Origin: Balanoglossus misakiensis
Taxonomy: Eukaryota; Animalia; Hemichordata
Reading direction: 5' to 3'
NCBI GenBank assembly: GCA_040954595.2
Contig: CM082577.2
Span: 14,019,903 to 14,083,902, forward strand
Length of the DNA: 64,000 nucleotides
The notes beneath the pieces were generated by a model. The model saw nothing but the letters and a program-made list of their open reading frames with translations, was not told the DNA's origin and made no database searches. The position numbers were made by a program, and so were the translations under genes. Shown one piece after another: positions 12,301 through 24,953 of the stretch (position 1 is its first letter; each line of letters begins with the position of its first letter).

Positions 12301-15300
12301 GTATTGAGTGTTCATGCAAAGTTTTGCATAATACTGCCACTATGGACTGGTTAAACATTGACGTAAGTGTTGACCTTATAGAACTCTCAAATATGGGTTG
12401 TGTTGAGTGTTAATAAAAAGTTAAGTACTGTACACTATGACCTGGTTAAACATTGACACAACAGTTACCCATATAGCATGTGCAGTGTATTGAGTGTTCA
12501 TGCAAAGTTTTGCATAATGCTGTCCACTATGGACTGATTAAACATTAATGACGCAAGGGTTGACCTTATAGAACTCTCAAATATGGTTTGTGTTGAGTGT
12601 TAATAAAAAGATGGGTACTGTACACTGTGACCTGGTTAAACATTGACACAACAATTACCCATATAGCATGTACAGTGTATTGAGTGTTCATGCTAAGTTT
12701 TGCATAATACTGTCCACTATGGACGGTTAAACATTAATGACGCAAGGGTTGACCTTATAGAACTCTCAAATATGGTTTGTGTTGAGTGTTAATAAAAATA
12801 TGGGTACTGTACACTGTGACCTGGTTAAACATTGACACAACAGTTGCCCATGTAGCATGTATGGTGTATTGAGTGCTCATTCAAAGTTTTGTATAATACT
12901 GTCCACTATGGACTGGTTAAACATTGACGTAAGGGTTGACCTTATAGAACTCTCAAATATGGGTTTTTGTTGAGTGTTAATAAAAAGATGGGTACTGTAC
13001 ACTGTGACCTGGTTAAACATTGACACAACAGTTGCCCATATAGCATGTATGGTGTATTGAGTGCTCATTGAAAGTTTTGCATAATACTGTCCACTATGGA
13101 CTGGTTAAAAATTGACGCAAGGGGTGACCGTATAGAACTCTCAAATATGGGTTGTGTTAAGTGTTAATAAAAAGATGGGTACTGTACACTGTGACCTGGT
13201 TAAACATTGAAACAAAAGTTGCCCATATAGCATGTATGGTGTATTGAGTGTTCATGCAAAGTTTTGCATAATACTGCCACTATGGACTGGTTAAACATTG
13301 ACGTAAGTGTTGACCTTATAGAACTCTCAAATATGGGTTGTGTTGAGTGTTAATAAAAAGTTAAGTACTGTACACAATGACCTGGTTAAACATTGACACA
13401 ACAGTTACCCATATAGCATGTACAGTGTATTGAGTGTTCATGCAAAGTTTTGCATAATGCTGTCCACTATGGACTGATTAAACATTTATGACGCAAGGGT
13501 TGACCTTATAGAACTCTCAAATATGGTTTGTGTTGAGTGTTAATAAAAAGATGGGTACTGTACACTGTGACCTGGTTAAACATTGACACAACAATTACCC
13601 ATATAGCATGTACAGTGTATTGAGTGTTCATGCTAATTTTTGCATAATACTGTCCACTATGGACTGATTAAACATTAATGACGCAAGGGTTGACCTTATA
13701 GAACTCTCAAATATGGTTTGTGTTGAGTGTTAATAAAAAGTACATAATGACCTGGTTAAACATTGACACAACAGTTGCCCATATAGCATGTATGGTGTAT
13801 TGAGTGCTCATTCAAAGTTTTGCATAATACTGTCCACTATAGACTGGTTAAAAATTGACGCAAGGGTGACCATATAGAACTCTCAAATATGGGTTGTGTT
13901 GAGTGTTAATAAAAAGCTAAGTACTGTACTCTGTGACCTGGTTAAACATTGACACAACAGTTGCCCATATAGCATGCACAGTGTATTGAGTGTTCATGCA
14001 AAATTTTGCATAATGCTGTCCACTATGGACTGATTAAACATTATTGACGCAAGGGTTGACCTTATAGAACTCTCAAATATGGTTTGTGTTGAGTGTTAAT
14101 AAAAAGATTGGTACTGTACACTGTGACCTGGTTAAACATTGACCCAACAATTACCCATATAGCATGTACAGTGTATTGAGTGTTCATGCTAAGTTTTGCA
14201 TAATACTGTCCACTATGGACGATTAAACATTAATGATGCAAGGGTTGACATTATAGAACTCTCAAATATGGGTTTTTGTTGAGTGTTAATAAAATGATGG
14301 GTACTGTACACTGTGACCTGGTTAAACATTGATAAAACAGTTGCCCATATAGCATGTACAGTGTATTGAGTGTTCATGCTAAGTTTTGCATAATACTGTC
14401 CACTATGGACGATTAAACATTAATGATGCAAGGGTTGACATTATAGAACTCTCAAATATGGGTTTTTGTTGAGTGTTAATAAAAAGACGGGTAATGTACA
14501 CTGTGACCTGGTTAAACATTGACACAAAAGTTGCCCATATAGCATGTATGGTGTATTGAGTGCTCATTCAAAGTTTTGCATAATACTGTCCACTATGGAC
14601 TGGTTAAACATTGACGCAAGGGGTGACCGTATAGAACTCTCAAATATGGGTTGTGTTGAGTGTTAATAAAAAGATGGGTACTATACACTGTGACCTGGTT
14701 AAACATTGACACAACAGTTGCCCATATAGCATGTATGGTGTATTGAGTGTTCATGCAAAGTTTTGCATAATGCTGTCCACTATGGACTGGTTAAAAATTG
14801 ACGCAAGGGGTGACCGTATAGAACTCTCAAATATGGGTTGTGTTAAGTGTTAATAAAAAGATGGGTACTGTACACTGTGACCTGGTTAAACATTGACACA
14901 AAAGTTGCCCATATAGCATGTATGGTGTATTGAGTGCTCATTCAAAGTTTTGCATAATACTGTCCACTATGGACTGGTTAAACATTGACGCAAGGGGTGA
15001 CCGTATAGAACTCTCAAATATGGGTTGTGTTGAGTGTTAATAAAAAGATGGGTACTATACACTGTGACCTGGTTAAACATTGACACAACAGTTGCCCATA
15101 TAGCATGTATGGTGTATTGAGTGTTCATGCAAAGTTTTGCATAATGCTGTCCACTATGGACTGGTTAAACATTGACGCAAGGGGTGACCGTATAGAACTC
15201 TCAAATATGGGTTGTGTTAAGTGTTAATAAAAAGATGGGTACTGTACACTGTGACCTGGTTAAACATTGACACAAAAGTTGCCCATATAGCATGTATGGT

Positions 15301-16497
15301 GTATGGAGTGCTCATTCAAAGTTTTGCATAATACTGTCCACTATGGACTGGTTAAACATTGACGCAAGGGGTGACCGTATAGAACTCTCAAATATGGGTT
15401 GTGTTGAGTGTTAATAAAAAGATGGGTACTATACACTGTGACCTGGTTAAACATTGACACAACAGTTGCCCATATAGCATGTATGTTGTATTGAGTGTTC
15501 ATGCAAAGTTTTGCATAATACTGTCCACTATGGACTGGTTAAACATTGACGCAAGGGGTGACCGTATAGAACTCTCAAATATGGGTTGTGTTGAGTGTTA
15601 ATAAAAAGATGGGTACTATACACTGTGACCTGGTTAAACATTGACACAACAGTTGCCCATATAGCATGTATGTTGTATTGAGTGTTCATGCAAAGTTTTG
15701 CATAATACTGTCCACTATGGACTGGTTAAACATTGACGCAAGGGGTGACCGTATAGAACTCTCAAATATGGGTTGTGTTGAGTGTTAATAAAAAGATGGG
15801 TACTATACACTGTGACCTGGTTAAACATTGACACAACAGTTGCCCATATAGCATGTATGGTGTATTGAGTGTTCATGCAAAGTTTTGCATAATGCTGTCC
15901 ACTATGGACTGGTTAAACATTGACGCAAGGGGTGACCGTATAGAAATCTCAAATATGGGTTGTGTTGAGTGTTAATAAAAAGATGGGTACTGTACACTGT
16001 GACCTGGTTAAACATTGACACAATAGTTGCCCATATAGCATGTATGGACTTGAGTGCTCATTCAAAGTTTTGCATAATACTGTCCACTATGGACTGGTTA
16101 AACATTGACGCAAGGGGTGACCGTATAGAACTCTCAAATATGGGTTGCGTTGAGTGTTAATAAAAAGATGGGTACTGTACACTGTGACCTGGTTAAACAT
16201 TGACACAACAGTTGCCCATATAGCATGTGTAGTGTATTGAGTGCTCATTCAAGTTTTGCATAATACTGTCCACTATGGACTGGTTAAACATTGACGCAAG
16301 GGGTGACCGTATAGAACTCTCAAATATGGGTTGTGTTGAGTGTTACTTAAAAGATGGGTACTTTACACTGTGACCTGGTTAAACATTGACACAACAGTTG
16401 CCCATATAGCATGTATGGTATATTGAGTGTTCATGCAAAGTTGTACATGTACAGTCCACTATGGACTGGTTAAACATTGACGCAGGGGTTTACCTTA
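9398..16497. repeat. Satellite array of 187-bp units (95-bp + 92-bp related subunits), about 38 copies
   Basis: Both subunits start ctggttaaacattgac. Period 187 measured at 14606 to 14793 and 15541 to 15728. Edge units are degenerate. Confidence 0.97.
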
Positions 16498-17459
16498 TAA
16501 AACAGTTGAAAAAATGTAGGGTCCCTTATTGTGATAATTCACCCGCCATAATGCCAAAGTAAGCAAATTAGTCAACTTTAATCTGTCTCAGACCATTTGA
16601 GTTCACTGTTTGTGTAAGGAATTTTGTTGTTGATGACTTCAATGTTGAATTCACGTTGTTATGTACTTTACATAGTACGGGGTACAACAGAATTAATGTT
16701 CTGTGCACCAGAGAACTCGTGTTTAAATTGCAAGAGTTAATATATCAAAAATGTATCACCCTATACAAAATGATAGCATGTGATAAACAAGGGATGTTAA
16801 AAACATTGCAATCTGCCAAGCATTGCACCATTTTCACTACATGTAATTGAGACAAACAGCAAACCGATTACAGAGTTTGTTCTATTTTACGATAATTTTG
16901 AAGTCATTGATCTAGTTCAGACATTTGTACTAATCCTAAGCACGACTCAATCGAATTTTTCGTAAACCTTCACTGAAAATAGATCCAATGCCTCAAAATG
17001 CCAACACAGAGGGCGCCCCAGTAGGAGATTACGAGTTTTTATAATAGAAAAATTGCCAAAAAGGACAATTTGTTTCTATTCAGCAAATCCATGTACGTCA
17101 CCTTCGATTGTTGGTAAGAATGTTATGCCTTCCTGAAAAAAAGACAAACTACACTACCTGAAACTTGTTATTAGTCGAACAGTTTCCTCCATGCCTCGAA
17201 ATTCCATAGATAATGGATGAAAGATTGAAATCTATCCGTTAGAATTATGCAAATTCTTAGATGCGCCCATTGTAAAAGCAGATAACGGGAGTATACAGAG
17301 GGCAGTGTGAAGTGTGTGTCACTGAGATAGGCCAAATGTTGTAAATTGCGTTACTATAGTATCATACTATGTTTACAAAACAATTTCAATTTCCTTCCGA
17401 GAACCGACCCGAAAATGTTCATGTATACCATTAAACGAAGCTTGTACATTTTTTGGACA

Positions 17460-17576
17460 TTTCTTACCATTCTAAGTATAAAAACAGCTTGCCTTTAAGT
17501 GTAACAGCTTGCCTCTTAGTATAAAAACAGCTTGCCTTTAAGGCAAGCTGTTTTTATACTAAGAATGGAAAGAAAT
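17460..17576. mobile_element. Small palindromic MITE-like element with internal duplication
   Basis: Termini atttcttaccattct / agaatggaaagaaat. Perfect 25-bp-arm palindrome 17514-17538 / 17540-17564. aacagcttgcct occurs three times in the left half. Confidence 0.65.
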
Positions 17577-19957
17577 AATATTACTACAAAGGCGAAAACG
17601 CCCTCAGTGGCAAACATTGTCCTTGTTCCTTCTATCATTGACACTTCACTGGAAACTGCAGGCAAGGATATTGGAAGTGTAAAAGGCAGGATCTGTATGT
17701 CTATTTTAAATTGGCGATTTTCGAAATATTCAGATTCAACTAATGTGTTTTCTGACGTCGACTGCCAGGCTGGGTTTCGTTAAAGGTCACGGTACCCGAT
17801 GATAAACAATGTATATACTTTGTATGCCATGATTCAAAAATACCACACGCAGGAATCATACAGAAAGGAAATAAAACTATAGAAAGTCAATAATATTTAG
17901 AATGTGAACTTTTGTACTCTTTTGTTCGTGTTATTTGTGTAACAGTTGATAAATGTACGTTTAATTCACGTTGAACCTTTACGAAGACTGACAATTATAC
18001 CTTGGGTACGTTTGTATCGCCACTGTTTATTGGCCGGAGGCCTACAGCGCATATAAGAAGACAGGTACTCCATAACTACGCAAGTAACGCCTATAAGTAG
18101 AATGTATTATTGCAATTATCACGTCGTAGCGATTGGTTAATGATAAAGATCGGGTGTCTTCATCATTACCGCCGTGGGCATCTTCCCTTGGGCGGGCAAC
18201 AAATTGTGAAATTTCCCTAGCCATCATGTTTTATTATTTAAATAACAAAATAAAATTTGATGAGTGCGAAGTAAATCAGTTGTTTCGCTTAAACACAGAA
18301 CAGCCCTGTTATCCTTGTAATAGTCTGAGTCCACTTGTTATTATCTCAACGTGTCCAGGAATTCAGAATACACTAACACATTAAGACGCATTATACTCCT
18401 CCAAAAGACGGGTCGTTTTTCATGCACGGCAGACTTCGTGTGTTACAGCGCCCTCAATGACTGTAGCTTTTAAGGTATCCCTTCTGTAGCCCGATGCAAT
18501 TTATTAAGTAAGAACCTTAAACCATACTCATACGTCAGCATGTCATTCAAAACAACGCATCGACGCAACTGCTCGCAATTATTTCTTATTGCCCAGTCGA
18601 TAATTACATTTTTTCATGTTGATGATTTAATATTTTAACATGTGAGAAGTTGCAAATCAGGAAATACTGGTTTTTTTTTTTACCAAGGTTCCCTCGTCAC
18701 ATGTCAAACAGTGTAGGAGTGTTGAGTGTTTTTGTCCGACACCAGCGCTATTAAAGTGCTAAACCTTCCAAATAACGGAATAAATGTAGTTTTGAGAGGA
18801 GTTATGGGGTACACAAGACATGCTACATGACCATAATTGTCATGATCAGGGCTTTTCCTGTCAGTTTTTGCTCGTCGTCAACCTGGAGTTGACGTTGACA
18901 AGTTATCCAGGGGAAACAATGTAAAAATGTCTAGATGAGTTTCGAGAGGCCATATACGAAATAAAATTACATAAAGGTTTCCAAGAGAATATTTCTATTT
19001 TCAGTAATTGCATCGCCTTACGGAAGCGCCGCGTATTTTCACGGAACTGGTGACGTTATTCCGGGGACAATGTTCGTTTCGAAGCATCGGCGCAAAAAGC
19101 ATAGCCAAGCTAGAAAAGTTGTAATTAAAGGTTGATAAATTGTAAGAAAAAAGTCCAGTATTGCTTCCACCCAGACCATGTTCTTCTTTTCAAATGGAGT
19201 TGATTGCTTCTTAAAAGTTACCATGTGCGTGTTGCAGGTATTTGTCAAAGAAAACATTGCATTTCGGCACGAAATGTGCATTCATAATGAACGATGTACA
19301 TATTCATTTGTCGACTAACCGTGCAAATTTACGCAGACGCAGTTTTGAATAAAACCGATATCGACCTAACTGCACGATCCCGACACACCTTTACAAAGTC
19401 GTAATATAATGCATTACTTCGGAGTTTTTCATTTCAGAAAATCCGGCGTTGTTTGTTTGCCAATTCGATCGATAAACAATGGCATGGCAGGTTTTTCTAT
19501 TTTTTCCATGTTTTAGCTTATTAAAGAACCTAATCAGGTGACCGTATAATAAGGCAATACTTGTGTATATAGTGATTATGTAAGTATTCATAAAATTCAC
19601 CGAAAAGATTTACTAACTTGAAGTGGAAGAAAGTGCCACAGTAAAATGCACTGAAATGATGTCGGCAATTTATTATTTGAATTGTGCGACACAGAATCGC
19701 AATCTCACTTCATAATATTCTTCTCGTAACTCATGGCATTATGAAAACGGGAAAATCTTGAATGAAATGGACAAGTATCGCCGTTTAAAATAAATCCGGG
19801 TCAGTGGATATTCGAAAAGGGCGTGTTTCGGATACCCGCAATCCATGAAGTAGCGATGACAGTATCTTATCTGACGAACACCATTACGGGTACATGTACT
19901 TATGAGTTGGAATCATAAATCTGAATCGGGGTTCTATTCGTTTGCATGCCAAACTAA

Positions 19958-20748
19958 GGCTGCATTCACAAACACCTCTGGAGGGGGGGGCAGGAGAATT
20001 GAGGGGGGGGGGATTTGAAAAAAATGAGGGTATGTAAGGGGGGGGATTTGAAATAATTTAGGGACTGAAAGGGGGGGACTTGAAAACTTTAACGACTAAA
20101 TATTTATTTTGAGTCCACAAAAATGCAGTTTCGCGTCCTTTATTTTACAAAATTTTCTAATGTGGGAGGGGGACACACCCACCCCCTCCATTCATCAACA
20201 CCTTTCAATCATTGACTGGTTTATCTAGTGTCCCAGGTCAGGGGACTTGCCCCACCCCATGATAACTTTGAGCGACGACGGTTAAATTTGTCCTCCCCAA
20301 CATACCGGTAGTTGAGTTAATTTGCTTTTGCCGGGTTCATTACAATGCAGCTTTCAGCTCTGTATTTTAGAAATTTTTCTTACGTGGGAGGGGGACACCC
20401 CCTCCCAAACCCACCCCCTTCAATTCTCGGTTTACAATGTCTCCCAACACAGAATACAAATATATGTACTTAAAAAATAAAAACAATGTTCAGTTTTAAT
20501 ACCCTCTGATGAGGGGAAACATCAGTTTCAAATTCTTTTCATGGGAGCGCTGTTTTTCTTTTTACAAGATAGATAGGTGATGTGTTTTGCTCTGTGAAAG
20601 AAAATGGGGGGGGATTTCAAAATTTTGGCAGTTCGGAAGGGGGGGATTTGAAAATATTGGCAGTTCGGAAGGGGGGCATGTGAAAATTAGCGGTAAAAAA
20701 AATTGAATTCTCCCGCCCCCCCCTCCAGAGGTGTTTGTGAATGCAGCC
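19958..20748. mobile_element. PIF/Harbinger-type MITE, family A copy 1
   Basis: TAA|GGCTGCATTCACAAACACCTCTGGAGGGGGGG ... CCCCCCCTCCAGAGGTGTTTGTGAATGCAGCC|TAA. Near-identical copy at 47447. Confidence 0.9.
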
Positions 20749-22595
20749 TAAGCCTGCACAAACGTTGTAGGTAGTTATCCCCCAAACGACGGTTTTCTAC
20801 CGCCGTTTTTATGCAGAGGGTTTTCCTCATGTGCACAAAATTATCCAAGCTAATATGGTTTTACGAAATTGGAATCCAAAACTACGTATACATGTTAGTG
20901 GGAGCTTAATGTTTATCTGTAACCCCCATTAGTATATCAGTGGATTGAGCTTTTCGACGTCTTTATTCAGGACCTTAACAGACTGTCCATGAGAATTTAT
21001 TACCCCAATTTTCACATTCATGGAAAAAAATGACAATCTATACTATATACAATATGTACATAAATAGTAAAACGTCGAATAGATCAACTAAGTTCTATGG
21101 AAGTGCATTGGCATTTTAGCAAGTTGCTTGTTTTTGACAAAATATCAAATAGAACGGTGAAATGTAAACTATTTCCAGGCTATTCTTCAAGATCGTATTG
21201 TCACAAAGTAGTTCCAAAATTTTTCATTGCACTCGTACAGTCAGTCATGTTCAGAGGAGCCTTGTTATCCAGCTTCATTCACTTTGTATACCCGTCATTA
21301 TCAGGACGCCATGGTTACGCAGATGGTTCTGGAGCTGTCATATCGTATCATGCTTATCTTTTGAAACACGAGCCATGATTTAGGTGATCAATTACAGAAA
21401 TATAAGCACACATTCCCCTTTATGGCCTATTGATTTATCAAAAAACCGTTTCGGACTTCTGTCGGCCTAAGGCATCTGTTTCAATATCAATAAAACACCA
21501 GTCGTCAAAATATTCGTTCATATAAGGGCCAAGACAAGACTTCTGACTTGAGGCCATCAGAATTGCAACTACATGTAATTTGCCATTAGCATTGTTTCCA
21601 AGCTCAACCTTTACTACCGCTAGTGCCGGTCGGAATGACAACACGTGTGTTTACTGTAACCCATGGCGACATGTGATCACGTGATAAAATGACGCGAAAT
21701 TGATGTTGAAAATTAGAGACAGTATCATTCTAATGATTCAACCCATGGGCGTACGAAGGTAGACTATTTATTTGGCCACCGCATTAAATTGTTTACCAAT
21801 ACATTCTACAGCCTTTAATTTGTCCTTTTAACCCAGATTACAATTCAGGGTTAAGGTAAATAACACTATTTTGTTTCACTGTAGCGTTCTAAGGAAATCA
21901 AAATGAGAATATCGATAGTTGGGACAAAACAAAGTATCCGACCACAGTCTGCACATCGGTGAGGATAATTCAGATCTCAAAGAAACAAGATAAAGGGAAT
22001 AGGGAAAACTTACTCCTTTAGAAAATGTGTCATGTCGAGTTTTGAAAATAGCTTTGCTTTTGGCAGGTCACTCCCCTCCGCGGGTTTTCTGATATGTTAA
22101 TTAATAACGAATTCGGCGTTCATGTAACACTCCTACCTGCAATTTCTTTACAGATTGTTCTTTTAAAGTTATGGCAATATGTGGTACAATCTGTGATAAA
22201 AGTAAACTACCACATATTTCATTATAGTGTCCTTTAATTTAGAAACTTCCAAACGTACGCGTGTTCCTGGAAATTCAGGGTCCAATATTGGACTGTACAT
22301 GAATGATCGGGCTCTATATTCTATGAGCAGTCCCAACTTTAGCTGGGCGTCTGCTGATGCGCATTTTTCGGAATGTCACACATGGCTTTGAAACGGACAT
22401 ACTGTAAAACGGGTTATTTTCGCGAACATTTTTTTCGCGAAATACGCTAGAGTAAACAAACGTGAAAATAAAAAGTCGCGTTATTTTTGTCCAGAGACAC
22501 CGATGCAGAGAAATACGAGAATGCGAAAATTAATCCTCGTGTAACAGTTGCCTCTTTTGATATCGCATAAATTTCATGTTGCGAAAATAACCCGT

Positions 22596-22795
22596 TGTTG
22601 GCATACATATTCAATGATCTCATTGTTATGTAAATGATTATGGACAAGTGCCCTCAAGAGGTACAGTTTGAAAATAAAAGTACCCCGGATATTCATCACT
22701 ACTCCGGCCATATTGAAAGAAGGAACGTTCCAGTGTGCTGTGTTTTCAATCCGACTTATATTTCCTCCATCATGGGCGATCCCCACAACGCAACA
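22596..22795 (+). repeat. 5' LTR (200 bp)
   Basis: TG...CA termini; matches the 3' LTR at 199/200 by eye; AATAAA at 22673-22678. Confidence 0.97.
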
Positions 22796-24133
22796 GGTTA
22801 TGGGCCCAGTACAGCAGCTCTTGGACGTTATGGGAGGTTGATTTTCGATGGAGATGAGCGAAAATTTGAGCAATGGAAGGTAAAGTTTCTTGGATACTTG
22901 AAGTTGCAAAAACTGAAGGACATTGTCCTGACACCAGAGGGAACGGATGTCGATGAGTCCAAAAATGAAGAAGTATATGCAGAACTAATTCAGTTTCTGG
23001 ATGACAAAAGTCTGTCTCTTGTTATGAGAGATGCAGAAAATGATGGCCGTAAAGCATTTACGATTCTGAAAGAACATTACGCTGGGACAGGCAAACCTCG
23101 AGTTATTTCATTGTACACCGAACTCACATCTTTGGTCATGCAACCAAATGAAACGGCCACTGATTATGTTATTCGCGCTGAGACTACAGCAGCAGCACTC
23201 AGAGATGCGGGTGAAACTGTTACTGATAGTTTGTTGATTGCTATGGTGTTGAAGGGTTTGCCGGACAGCTTCAAACCTTTTGTTGTAGTCGTCACTCAAA
23301 GTGAGAAGAATCAGACATTCACTGAATTCAAAGTAGCCTTACGCAGTTTCGAGGATACTGAACGTGCTAGATGTTCTAGTTCACTTGATGATTCTATCAT
23401 GAAAGCTGTTAACAAGCCTGCATATCAACCGTCGTGGTCCAAGACAAAGACGGCCACAAAGGGTGTCACCTGTTTTAGGTGTGGTCAGCAGGGACATATT
23501 GCTCGGAAATGTGACAAAATGCCGAGTAAGTGGTGCAGTGTTTGTCAGAACTCTTCCCACACTGACAGGTCGTGTCGTAGAAGAGGAAAAGACAGAAGTA
23601 GGGATGCTGTTCACCGAGTCACCGGATCGAGTGAGGAACATTCTTTCGCGTTCCATGCAAAAGTGTATACAGAGGATATGAATACCTCGTCAACTGGTAA
23701 ACTGTTGGTTGACTGTGGTGCTACTGCACACATCATTACTGATGAGTCTAAGTTTGTAAACTTTGATACGTCATTTAAGCCAGAGAAACACTTTATTGAA
23801 CTGGCAAATGGTATGAAATCGAATAACGTTGCTCTGAAACGAGGTGATGCGAATATTCCATTGATGGATATTCATGGTAAAAGCACCTGTGCATTGTTGA
23901 AAAATGCGTTGTACATTCCGTCGTACCCTCAGGACATATTTTCGGTACAGGCAGCAACTGAGAAAGGTGCAAGTGTGATATTTCAACCTGACTCAGCAAA
24001 CTTGATTCACAAGAACGGTACAAAGTTTAACATTGAGAAACATGGCAGATTGTATTTTCTACCAACGTATAATGATTGTGTTACTTCTGATAATGTGAGC
24101 TATGCTAATGAACTTCTTGTGCTTAAACGATGA
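22772..24133 (+). CDS. gag: Copia Gag-protease (453 aa from the likely ATG at 22772; ends in LINE-derived sequence)
   Basis: IFDGDERKFEQWKVKFLGYL Gag N-terminus; two CX2CX4HX4C knuckles (CFRCGQQGHIARKC, CSVCQNSSHTDRSC); aspartic protease motif LVDCGATAHI. The ORF is also open upstream to 22634. Confidence 0.92.
   Translation: MGDPHNATGYGPSTAALGRYGRLIFDGDERKFEQWKVKFLGYLKLQKLKDIVLTPEGTDVDESKNEEVYAELIQFLDDKSLSLVMRDAENDGRKAFTILKEHYAGTGKPRVISLYTELTSLVMQPNETATDYVIRAETTAAALRDAGETVTDSLLIAMVLKGLPDSFKPFVVVVTQSEKNQTFTEFKVALRSFEDTERARCSSSLDDSIMKAVNKPAYQPSWSKTKTATKGVTCFRCGQQGHIARKCDKMPSKWCSVCQNSSHTDRSCRRRGKDRSRDAVHRVTGSSEEHSFAFHAKVYTEDMNTSSTGKLLVDCGATAHIITDESKFVNFDTSFKPEKHFIELANGMKSNNVALKRGDANIPLMDIHGKSTCALLKNALYIPSYPQDIFSVQAATEKGASVIFQPDSANLIHKNGTKFNIEKHGRLYFLPTYNDCVTSDNVSYANELLVLKR
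22796..22809 (+). other. Primer-binding site GGTTATGGGCCCAG (internal/half initiator tRNA-Met type)
   Basis: Directly follows the 5' LTR. Same PBS type as Drosophila copia, which is primed by a cleaved 5' half of tRNAi-Met. Confidence 0.85.
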
Positions 24134-24952
24134 TAAGACAGAATTTGTTATTTTCTCTGGTATTTTGGGTGATCTGTCTGCTAGAGGGATTTCAGAAATT
24201 CGTGTTGGCGATTCTCTGATTCCCGTCCATTGTCAGGCTAAGAGCCTTGGAGTGATCCTTGACTCTTGTCTGACAATGAAGCCACATATTGGACAGATCT
24301 GCCGCTCTGCCACTTTTCATTTACGTCGCATTGCGCTTATCCGCAAATATTTATCTCATTCAGCTACAGAGCAATTAGTTCATGCATTCATTACGTCTCG
24401 AATTGATTCATGTAATTCACTTTTATTTGGGCTCCCGAAGTATTCAATCAACCGTATCCAACGCGTTCAGAATATTGCTGCTAGAATTGTAACTCGTTCT
24501 AAAATCACCTGTCACATCACTCCAATTTTGTATCAGTTGCACTGGCTACCTGTTACAGAGCGTATTGTTTTTAAGATGTTAGTTCTCATTTTTAAATCCA
24601 TTCATAAACTTGGTCCAATCTATCTTTCTAGCATGACTAATCTATATGTTCCATGTCGCAATTTAAGGTCAGCTGATCAGTTCAAACTCTGCCCTGTTCG
24701 ATCACGCACCAAGAGTTATGGTGATCGCGCTTTTACTGTTGCTGCTCCAATTCTTTGGAATAATCTTCCACTCACCATTCGCCAGGCACCAGACTTATCT
24801 GTTTTTAAATCAAATGTTAAAACTTTACTTTTTAAATCTGTTTTTTAGCCATTTGTTGTATTGTACTTTTGCTTTAAGCGTCATTGATCACATTTTTTTG
24901 TGGATACTGACGCTATACAAATAAATTATTATTATTATTATTATTATTATTA
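24112..24952 (+). mobile_element. 5'-truncated L2/CR1-group non-LTR retrotransposon (C-terminal end of ORF2, 3' UTR, (TTA)n tail)
   Basis: NFLCLNDDKTEF...LGVILDSCL...LVHAFITSRIDSCNSLLFGLP...QNIAARIV...HITPILYQLHWLPV...YGDRAFTVAAPILWNNLP is the typical post-RT region. Stop at 24846-24848, AATAAA at 24920-24925, (TTA)n tail. 5' junction uncertain by a few bp because of microhomology. Confidence 0.93.
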
Positions 24953-24953
24953 T

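Noticed and set aside
9398-16497. CRISPR-like array (constant ctggttaaacattgac alternating with other sequence) and repeated 63-aa ORFs
   Set aside because: The intervening sequences are just two alternating repeated subunits, not unique spacers. The context is eukaryotic with no cas genes, and the ORFs are by-products of the satellite.
24900-24953. N-terminus MDTDAIQINYYYYYYYYY of the 903-aa ORF
   Set aside because: It is the LINE 3' UTR and (TAT)n tail read in frame from a GTG, not part of Pol.
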